From: Pseudomonadota bacterium
GTDB lineage: Bacteria > Bdellovibrionota_B > Oligoflexia > Oligoflexales > CAIYRB01
Direction: 5' to 3'
Assembly (NCBI GenBank): GCA_031416315.1
Contig: JANOTL010000170.1
Coordinates: 1-27,188, forward strand
Length of the DNA stretch: 27,188 nt
A model generated the notes under the pieces. That model had not been told where the DNA came from, did no database searches, and saw nothing but the letters and a program-made list of their open reading frames with translations. Positions 7,837-15,185 of the stretch are shown here, in pieces. The first letter of the stretch is position 1, and every line of letters begins with the position of its first letter. Position numbers and translations under genes: made by a program.

Positions 7837-8813
7837 CGCACGATTTCAGCCAATGGATCGACCTCGCGCAAGCGAAGCTCGGCGGTCTCCCGCTCCATGC
7901 GAGCGACGAGTTCTTCGCCGAGAAGGAGAACCTGGTCCTGCCGGGCCGCGGCGTCTTCATCCCCGACAAGTACACCGACCGCGGCAAATGGATGGACGGC
8001 TGGGAGTCGCGCCGAAAGCGCGTGCCCGGCCACGACTGGTGCGTCCTGCGCCTCGGCCTGCCCGGCGAGATCCACGGCTTCGACGTCGACACCAACCATT
8101 TTCTCGGCAATCACCCGCCGCACGCCTCGGTCGACGCCGTCCTGACCGACGAGCGGCTCACCGTGCACTCGGATTTCGCCAAGCTGCCTTGGCAGGAAAT
8201 CTTGCCGAAGGTCCCGCTCGAGCGCGGCTCGCAGAATCTCTACGGCTCGGTCGAGGCCACCGGGCAACGCTTTAGCCACGTTCGCCTCAACATCTATCCC
8301 GACGGCGGCGTCGCGCGCTTCCGCGTCTTCGGGCGCGCGATGCCGGACTGGGCGAAGGTGCGGCCGGGCGAGGTCCTGGATCTGGCGGCCGTCGAGAACG
8401 GCGGCGTCGTCGAGGCTTGCAACGATATGTTCTTCGGCCCGAAGGACAACTTGATCATGCCCGGCCGCGGCGTCAACATGGGCGACGGCTGGGAGACGAA
8501 AAGGAAGCGCGAGCTGCCCGGCAGCGACTGGGTGATCGTGCGTTTGGGTCGCGCGGCAAAGATCCAGCGCCTCCTCGTCGACACCAACAATTTCAAGGGC
8601 AACCACCCGGATCGCTGCAAGATCGAAGGCCGGCACGAGGATGACGGCGACGCCTGGCAGACGGTCGTCGCCGAGACGCCGCTCGGCGGCCACAAGATCC
8701 ACGAGTACCTGCGGGAGATCCAGGCGCACGGGCCTTTCACGCACCTGCGATTGACCATCTTCCCCGACGGCGGCATCGCGCGCCTCCGCGCATTCGGGAC
8801 GGTCGAAGGATGA
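7833..8813 (+). CDS. alc: Allantoicase
   Basis: GTG start overlaps the allB stop (GTGA). Two allantoicase repeats: SDEFFA..WMDGWESRRKR..DTNHFLGN..NIYPDGGVARFRVFG and NDMFFG..MGDGWETKRKR..DTNNFKGN..IFPDGGIARLRAFG. Confidence 0.96.
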   Translation: MTHDFSQWIDLAQAKLGGLPLHASDEFFAEKENLVLPGRGVFIPDKYTDRGKWMDGWESRRKRVPGHDWCVLRLGLPGEIHGFDVDTNHFLGNHPPHASVDAVLTDERLTVHSDFAKLPWQEILPKVPLERGSQNLYGSVEATGQRFSHVRLNIYPDGGVARFRVFGRAMPDWAKVRPGEVLDLAAVENGGVVEACNDMFFGPKDNLIMPGRGVNMGDGWETKRKRELPGSDWVIVRLGRAAKIQRLLVDTNNFKGNHPDRCKIEGRHEDDGDAWQTVVAETPLGGHKIHEYLREIQAHGPFTHLRLTIFPDGGIARLRAFGTVEG

Positions 8814-9331
8814 CGACGGCCGAGGCCGCCGCCGCGCTCGACGCCATGCCGGCCGCCGCCGCGCGTACGGCGCTGACGCATTGCTGTGGCGCCTCCGCTT
8901 GGGTCTCCGCGATGCTCGCCGCGCGCCCTTTCCGCGACGCGGCGGGGCTTTCCCGAGCGAAGGCCGCGAGCTTCGCCCGGCTCGTCGAAAAAGACTGGCT
9001 CGAGGCCTTCGCCCACCATCCGAAGATCGGGGACGTCGAGAGCCTGCGGGAAAGATTCGCGGCCACCGCCCATCTCGCGGGCCGCGAGCAAGCCGGCGTC
9101 GAAGCCGCGTCCGAAAAGACGCTGACGGCGCTCCGTGACGGCAACCTCCGCTACGAGCGGCTCCACGGTTTCATCTTTATCGTCTGCGCCACCGGCAAGA
9201 CTGCCGGCGAGATGCTCGCCCTCCTCGAGGCGCGCCTCGGGCGGACGCGGGCCGAGGAGCTGCGGACGGCCGCGGGCGAGCAGGAGAAGATCACGGCCCT
9301 GCGCTTGGCCAAGCTCGGAGAGAAGGCATGA
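8810..9331 (+). CDS. uraD: OHCU decarboxylase
   Basis: ATGA overlap with alc. Motifs CCGASAWV, EAFAHHPKIG, EQAGV, YERLHGFIFIVCATGK, EQEKITALRL. Confidence 0.94.
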   Translation: MTTAEAAAALDAMPAAAARTALTHCCGASAWVSAMLAARPFRDAAGLSRAKAASFARLVEKDWLEAFAHHPKIGDVESLRERFAATAHLAGREQAGVEAASEKTLTALRDGNLRYERLHGFIFIVCATGKTAGEMLALLEARLGRTRAEELRTAAGEQEKITALRLAKLGEKA

Positions 9332-9654
9332 CCAAGATCACGACGCACGTCCTCGACACGGCGCTCGGCAAGCCGGCCCACGGCATCGAGGCGCGGCTAG
9401 AGCGCGAGGAAAGGCCGGGCGAGTGGCGCGCGGTCGGCGCGGGCGTCACCGACGCCGACGGCCGCATCAAGGAGCTGACGCCGACGGGCGTCGCGGCCGG
9501 CAGCTTCAGGCTCACGTTCGTGGTCGCCGGCTACCTCGGCGGCGGCTTCTATAAGCGCATTCCGATCGAGTTCGAGGTTACGGCCGGCCAGCCGCACTAC
9601 CACGTTCCCCTGCTCTTGAGCCCCTTCGGATACTCCACGTATCGCGGCAGCTAA
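9328..9654 (+). CDS. uraH: 5-hydroxyisourate hydrolase (transthyretin-like)
   Basis: ATGA overlap. Motifs ITTHVLDTALGKPA, TDADGR, HYHVPLLLSPFGYSTYRGS (C-terminal YRGS signature). Confidence 0.97.
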   Translation: MTKITTHVLDTALGKPAHGIEARLEREERPGEWRAVGAGVTDADGRIKELTPTGVAAGSFRLTFVVAGYLGGGFYKRIPIEFEVTAGQPHYHVPLLLSPFGYSTYRGS

Positions 9655-9671
9655 AAAACCCGAGGATTCCC

Positions 9672-10985
9672 GTGAAAAAGAGCCCGACGACGCTCAGCAC
9701 GCAGGAGCTTCAGCCGATCCTGGCCAAGCTCGGCCACGCCAACCGCGCGGCCGCGAGCCGCTATTCGGGCGACTCGGCGGCACGGCAGCCGGTGCACACG
9801 GTGTACGGAGGCGCGCAGCTCTTCAAGGCCGGCACCGCGGCGAAGCTCGGGAGCCTCGCGCGCGCCGCGTTCGCCGCGAACGCCCGCGACCCGCGCGAGC
9901 TCGCCGGCGCCTGCGGCATTGCGCCCGAGCTCGAGGAAGCGGTCTTTGCGCGCGTGCGCGAGAAGCTCGAGCGCGAGCCGGTCGAGGATTTTCGCATCGA
10001 CTTCGAGGACGGCTTCGGCTTCCGCCCCGACGCGGAGGAGGACGAGGTCGCGATCGGCGCGGCGAAGGAGGTCGCGCTCGGCATGAAGGCGGGGACCCTG
10101 CCGCCCTTCCTCGGGTTCCGCGTGAAGTCGATGAGCGAGGAGCTGAAGGCGCGTGCGGTGCGGACGCTCGATCTCTTCGTCACGACGCTGCTTGAAGCCA
10201 GCGGCGGCGCTTTGCCCCCGCATTTTTGCGTGACGCTGCCGAAAGCCAGCCTGCCGGAGCAGTGCGAAGCGTTTGTTCAAATTATTGACATATTAGAGAA
10301 AAAGACGGGCCTGAAGAAGGGCGCCCTGCGCCTCGAGCTGATGATCGAGACGACGCAGGCGCTTTTTCTCGAAGACGGCCGTGCGGCCCTGCCCTTGCTC
10401 GCGAAGGCGGCCGGGCCGCGGCTCGTCGCGGCGCACTTCGGGGCCTACGACTACACGGCGGCATTGAACGTCACCGCAGCGGCGCAGCGCCTCGACCATG
10501 CGGCCTGCGATTTCGCGCGCCACATGATGAAAGTCGCGTTCTCCGGTCTACCGGTCTGGCTCTCCGACGGCGCGACCAACATTCTGCCGGTCGGCTCGCG
10601 CGAAGTCGTCCATCGCGCCTGGGGCACGAGCTTCGCCCACATCACACATTCTTTGCAGAACGGCTTCTATCAGGGGTGGGATCTGCATCCGGCGCAGCTG
10701 CCCGTGCGCTTCGCAGCGCTGCACGCGTTTTTCCTCGGGGGGCTCGCGTCGGCGACCGAGCGCCTGCGGACCTTCATCGACAAAGCGGCGCAGGCCAGCT
10801 TGCTCGGCGACGTCTTCGACGACGCCGCCTCCGGACAAGGTCTTCTCAACTACTTCCTCAAAGCTTTGAATTGCGGTGCTATCACGCACGCAGACGTCAC
10901 GGCCACAGGGCTCTCGATCGCAGAGATCCAGACGCGCTCGTTCGCGACGATTTTGAACGGCCGCAAACGGGGGAATGCGCCATGA
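9672..10985 (+). CDS. HpcH/CitE/malate-synthase-fold Mg-dependent lyase/aldolase of unknown function (DUF6986-like)
   Basis: GAGGA SD with GTG start. Motifs RQPVHTVYGGA, RIDFEDGFG, GFRVK, ELMIETTQ, HFGAYDYTA, SDGATN, GFYQGWDLHPAQL. The DxED, ET and GxxD elements match the CitE/malate synthase TIM-barrel metal site. Confidence 0.8.
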   Translation: MKKSPTTLSTQELQPILAKLGHANRAAASRYSGDSAARQPVHTVYGGAQLFKAGTAAKLGSLARAAFAANARDPRELAGACGIAPELEEAVFARVREKLEREPVEDFRIDFEDGFGFRPDAEEDEVAIGAAKEVALGMKAGTLPPFLGFRVKSMSEELKARAVRTLDLFVTTLLEASGGALPPHFCVTLPKASLPEQCEAFVQIIDILEKKTGLKKGALRLELMIETTQALFLEDGRAALPLLAKAAGPRLVAAHFGAYDYTAALNVTAAAQRLDHAACDFARHMMKVAFSGLPVWLSDGATNILPVGSREVVHRAWGTSFAHITHSLQNGFYQGWDLHPAQLPVRFAALHAFFLGGLASATERLRTFIDKAAQASLLGDVFDDAASGQGLLNYFLKALNCGAITHADVTATGLSIAEIQTRSFATILNGRKRGNAP

Positions 10986-12568
10986 AGGTCGATCGCCGGA
11001 CGATTTTGAAGGGTGGTCTCGCCATCCCCTTGTGCGGGGCGGGCGCGCTGCAGAGCCTGGCCGAGGACGATCTCGACGACGTGGACTTAGGCGTCGCCTC
11101 CGGCGATCCCGGCGCGGACTCCGTGGTCATCTGGACGCGGCTCCGCCGCTCGATGCGCGACGCCGGGCCGGTCGTGCGCTGGGACGTGGCGACGAGCGAG
11201 GGCTTCGGCGCCGCGACCATAGCGACGGGCGAGCTCGCGGCGACGAGCGCGCACGATTTCTGCTTGAAGACCCGGGTCTACGGTCTCGAGCCCGCGACGA
11301 CCTATTTTTACCGCTTCCGCAATGACGTCGGCTTTTACTCCGAAGTCGGCAGGACGCGTACGTTGCCCGAAGGCATGGGCTTCGTCCGCGAGCTGAAGAT
11401 GGGCATCGTCAACTGCCAACAGTACACCGCGGGCTACTACGCCGCGTTCCGCCACATGCTCGCCGAAGACCTCGACCTCGTCTTGCATTTGGGCGACCAC
11501 ATCTACGAGAAAGACAGCGGCTCCGTGCGCGGCGGCGATCCCTTGCTCGGGCGCGAAGCGACGACGCTCGAAGATTACCGCAAAAAGTACCGGCGCTACC
11601 TGTCGGATCCGGATGCGCGCGCCCTGCGGGCGCGGTACCCGTTCATCGACATCTGGGACGACCACGAGGTCTACAACGACTACTCCGGCGCCGTCGATCG
11701 GGCCGCGAACGCGACGCGCTTCGCCGAAGGCTACCAGTCCTTCGTCGATTACATGCCTTTCGAGGCCGAGGTGCTGCGGACGCCGAGCGGCGTCCCCGAG
11801 GTGGTCCTCCGCCGGAACGCGAAGGTCGGCGACCTGGTCGAGATCTTCGCCTTGGACCAAAGGCAGTTTCGCGACGCGGGCCCGTGCTCGAGCAACATCT
11901 TCACCTCTGGCTGCGACGCCCGCCTCGGCTCCGAGCGGACGATGCTCGGCGCCGCGCAGAAGCTCTGGTTGAAAGAGAGCCTCGGCGCCTCCCGCGCGAC
12001 CTGGAAGATCCTGATGAGCGAGGTCATGGTGACGCCCCTCAGAATCCGCGGCGCCGCCGTCGCCTCTGAGCGCGCGGCGCGAGTACTGTTCGAAGCGGGC
12101 GCCACGTACGAGACCCGCTCCGGAACGTTCATGACCCTGGACACCTGGGACGGCTATCCCGTCGAGCGTCAAGAGCTGGCCGCCTTCATCCGCGACGAGG
12201 GCATCGCCAACGTCGTGATTTGCACCGGCGACATCCATGCCGCCCTCAACGCGCGGATTCCGCTGGAGGTCGAGACGCATCGCGGTCCAGGCGTCGCCTT
12301 CGAGGTGGTCACGACCTCGGTCTCGACGAGCACGCTCGCCGACCGATTGGGCCCGGTCCTCGGCGGCGCTGCGCACGCGATCATTCGGGGCGCCAATCCG
12401 CAGTATCAGTGGAGCGACATCGCGCATCACGGCTACACGACGCTCACGTTGACGCCGGAAGCGATGCGGGTCAAGCACGTCGCGTTGGATCACGTGAACA
12501 GCTCGACGGCGGGAGCGCGGGTGGTGCGGGAGGTTTCGATTCCCGCCGGCACGATCCTCGAGCGTTGA
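10982..12568 (+). CDS. phoD: Tat-exported PhoD-like alkaline phosphatase/phosphodiesterase
   Basis: ATG 10982 overlaps the upstream stop (ATGA). Twin-Arg signal DRRTILKGG; motifs GVASGDP, NCQQY, HLGDHIYE, WDDHEVYND, DTWDGYPVER, TGDIH. Confidence 0.92.
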   Translation: MKVDRRTILKGGLAIPLCGAGALQSLAEDDLDDVDLGVASGDPGADSVVIWTRLRRSMRDAGPVVRWDVATSEGFGAATIATGELAATSAHDFCLKTRVYGLEPATTYFYRFRNDVGFYSEVGRTRTLPEGMGFVRELKMGIVNCQQYTAGYYAAFRHMLAEDLDLVLHLGDHIYEKDSGSVRGGDPLLGREATTLEDYRKKYRRYLSDPDARALRARYPFIDIWDDHEVYNDYSGAVDRAANATRFAEGYQSFVDYMPFEAEVLRTPSGVPEVVLRRNAKVGDLVEIFALDQRQFRDAGPCSSNIFTSGCDARLGSERTMLGAAQKLWLKESLGASRATWKILMSEVMVTPLRIRGAAVASERAARVLFEAGATYETRSGTFMTLDTWDGYPVERQELAAFIRDEGIANVVICTGDIHAALNARIPLEVETHRGPGVAFEVVTTSVSTSTLADRLGPVLGGAAHAIIRGANPQYQWSDIAHHGYTTLTLTPEAMRVKHVALDHVNSSTAGARVVREVSIPAGTILER

Positions 12569-12595
12569 GGCACAGCTAGCGAACAGGCCGCCGCC

Positions 12596-13663
12596 TCAGG
12601 GGCAAGGGATCCCGGCGCCCCCCGCGCCGACCGACGCCGCCCCTTTGCCGGTCGACGCGCCGCTTGAGCCGTCCGAGCCCGTCTGGTCCTCGTCGCTGCC
12701 GATCCCGGGCGTCGCGCCGAGCTTGGCGCCTTCCGTCCTCGCGCGTGCCAAAAGCGCTGTGAAGGCTGCATTCCGCACGTCGCCGTAAATGTTGACGCCC
12801 GATCTGCCATCGACCAGCGCGGCGAGCGAGGGCTCGCCGGTCGTGACCCCGGCGAGGCTCGCGACGCCGACGAGCTTGCCTCCGGAGAGCAAGGGGCCGC
12901 CGGAGTCGCCCGGCGCGGCGATCGAGCGCTTGCCAGCGAGCGCTCCCTCGACGAAGTCGAGATCGCCGCCGAGGAAGAACACGCCGTTCAACTCGGCGCT
13001 GACGTCCGCGGGGAAAACCAAGGTGTTCCGGCCGAGCCGCTTCAGCATCACCTCGCCCGCTTGTGCCTCGGCATCGGCCAGGGTCGGCGGCAAAAGCGAG
13101 AGCCCATAGCCAACGATCTCGACGTCGGCGCCGTCGACCGGAGCCACCGTGTTGAGGTCGACGATGCCGGGCGCGATGGCGCCGTCGAAGATCAGAACCG
13201 CGCCGTCTCGATGGGCGAGCTGAGCGCCCGTCGTCGAGATCCCGGCTTCGTTGGGGCGCAGGTCGTTCGAGTCGACGACGACCGTCTTCGGCAGTTTCTG
13301 CTCGCCGTTCGGGTCGCCCGACGGGACGTAGGCGACCTTGGCGCCGGCCGCCGCCGGCACGCAGTGCGCCGCGGTGAGGATCGCGTTGGCGCCAACGAAA
13401 GTTCCGGTGCACGTCGCGACCGTTCGACCGTCGGCGTTTAGAAGCGCGAGCAGAACGACCGCAGGATGGGCCGCCGTCTCGTCGCCGTTCACGATCGCGA
13501 GGCAGCCGACCGGCGGCGCGGACGTGCCCGCGGTCGTCCCGCCGCCGCTGCCGCGTGCTTTGCGATTGCCGCTGGAGGCGCCGCCGCAGCTGGCGGCCAC
13601 GACGATCGTGGCAAAGGTCGCCAACGCTATTGAGACGATTCGCACCACAGTTCCCCCCGACAT
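12596..13663 (-). CDS. Trypsin-like (S1) serine protease lipoprotein
   Basis: Lipobox VAASC; mature N-terminus-like IVNG; CTGT, LTAAHC (His), RDGAVL (Asp), GDSGGP (Ser). The start may be ATG 13663 or a GTG a few codons downstream. Confidence 0.9.
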   Translation of the reverse strand: MSGGTVVRIVSIALATFATIVVAASCGGASSGNRKARGSGGGTTAGTSAPPVGCLAIVNGDETAAHPAVVLLALLNADGRTVATCTGTFVGANAILTAAHCVPAAAGAKVAYVPSGDPNGEQKLPKTVVVDSNDLRPNEAGISTTGAQLAHRDGAVLIFDGAIAPGIVDLNTVAPVDGADVEIVGYGLSLLPPTLADAEAQAGEVMLKRLGRNTLVFPADVSAELNGVFFLGGDLDFVEGALAGKRSIAAPGDSGGPLLSGGKLVGVASLAGVTTGEPSLAALVDGRSGVNIYGDVRNAAFTALLARARTEGAKLGATPGIGSDEDQTGSDGSSGASTGKGAASVGAGGAGIPCP

Positions 13664-13731
13664 CGCCTTTTCGGCAGAATCAGAAGGACACGCGAGACTA
13701 TTTTTACTTAACAAAATCAAATGATTGAAGA

Positions 13732-14937
13732 TCAGTCGAGCCGCGCGCCGCCCGCGATCCACGCGCCGAGCTCGGCCCGCTCGGCCGCGGTCATGCCGGT
13801 CTTGTTGGCGAGCGGCATGGTCTCGGTGTCGACGGCGCGAGCCTGGATGGCGCGTGCTTCCCGCTGGATGTCCTCAGGAAGGTCGAAGGCGACGCCGTTC
13901 GGCGCGACCTTGAAATCCGCGTCGGTCGGATGCGTCGAATGACAGGACGCGCAACGTTCGGCGACGATCGTGCGCACGCGTGCAAAGCTGACCGTCGCGC
14001 CCGCCGCGGGGGTAGGGCGGGGCACGGGCGCGGTCATCATGAAGAGAAGGACGACGGCGACTGCGGCCGGAGCGAGCCAAATGGTGCCCTTCTCCTTGCG
14101 CATCCGAACGATCATGACGTGGCGTATCGCCGCGCCGGTGAAGATCAAGAGACAAAGCACGACCCAGTTCAGACGGTGCCCGTAAGTCGATGGGAAGTGA
14201 CTGCTGAGCATCATGAACAGCACGGGTAGGGTCAGATAGCTGTTGTGCACCGAGCGCTTCTTGGCTCTGTGCCCGTGCGTGAAATCGGGCGTCTTGCCGG
14301 CCTTGGTCGCGTCGACCATCTTCTGCTGCGCGGGAAGGATGCGCACCCAGACGTTGAGCACCATCAGGGTGCCGAGCATGGCGCCAACGTGGACGAAGGC
14401 GGCGCGCCCGCTGAACACGCGGCAAAGGCCGTAGACGACGCCGAACAGTAAAACGAAGGAGATCAGCGTCGCGAGCTTGCCTTCGCCTTCGCCGAGCTTC
14501 GACTTCCACAGCTGGTCGTACACGAGCCACGCGAGGACGATCCCACCAACGCTGACGCCAATTGCTTGGCCAGGGGTGAGGCCGACGCCCGTCGTCGCGT
14601 CGACCAGGAGCTTCCCGCCCGTGAGATAGAAGACGATGGCGATCAGGGACAAGCCGGAGAGGAGCGTTAGCATCGCCTCCCACTTGAACCAATGCAGGGT
14701 CTGCGGCATCTCGCCTGGGGCGATCAACCGCTTTTCAACCTGGTAGAAGCCGCCGCTGTGCACCATCCACAGCTCGCCTTCGACGTTCTTCTTGTCTCCC
14801 GCCGGCTTCTCGAGGCTGGCGTCGAGCCACATGAAATAGAACGAGCTGCCGATCCAGGCGATCCCGGCGACGAGGTGGAACCAGCGGACGGCGAGGTTCA
14901 GCCACTCTTGGACGTGGGTTGAGACGAGGTCGGTCAC
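13732..14937 (-). CDS. puuD: Membrane urate hydroxylase with C-terminal cytochrome c domain
   Basis: WLNLAVRWFHLVAGIAWIGSSFYFMWLD, LWMVHSGGFY, LHWFKWEA, RSVHNSYLTLPVLFMMLSSHF; multiple TM helices; C-terminal CASCH and MPL. GTG start with a GGGAG SD. Confidence 0.93.
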   Translation of the reverse strand: MTDLVSTHVQEWLNLAVRWFHLVAGIAWIGSSFYFMWLDASLEKPAGDKKNVEGELWMVHSGGFYQVEKRLIAPGEMPQTLHWFKWEAMLTLLSGLSLIAIVFYLTGGKLLVDATTGVGLTPGQAIGVSVGGIVLAWLVYDQLWKSKLGEGEGKLATLISFVLLFGVVYGLCRVFSGRAAFVHVGAMLGTLMVLNVWVRILPAQQKMVDATKAGKTPDFTHGHRAKKRSVHNSYLTLPVLFMMLSSHFPSTYGHRLNWVVLCLLIFTGAAIRHVMIVRMRKEKGTIWLAPAAVAVVLLFMMTAPVPRPTPAAGATVSFARVRTIVAERCASCHSTHPTDADFKVAPNGVAFDLPEDIQREARAIQARAVDTETMPLANKTGMTAAERAELGAWIAGGARLD

Positions 14938-15138
14938 GAGACGTCTCCCAGTTTCGGGAGACTATAGCACGTTAGGGAATGGGGTAGCCGAGGTCCTCGT
15001 CGCAGCTCCATTCGGAATCGACCTGCGCGCGTTCGCCTTCGACGCCGATTCTGTAGCGCTCGTGCTTCACGATGTTGGCTGAAATGACGGCATATCTACA
15101 GCTCACAAGCTGTTTCGAACTGGGGAGTTGAACGTAGA

Positions 15139-15162
15139 TAGGCCCGCCATATGGCGGGCCTA
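15139..15162. terminator. Perfect 24-bp palindrome, probable terminator or 3' stabiliser of the ompA-PKD transcript
   Basis: taggcccgccat|atggcgggccta lies 23 nt past the stop of the minus-strand gene ending at 15186. The U-tract is weak. Confidence 0.55.
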
Positions 15163-15185
15163 CGCAGAAAGAGAAGCCGAGGGCC

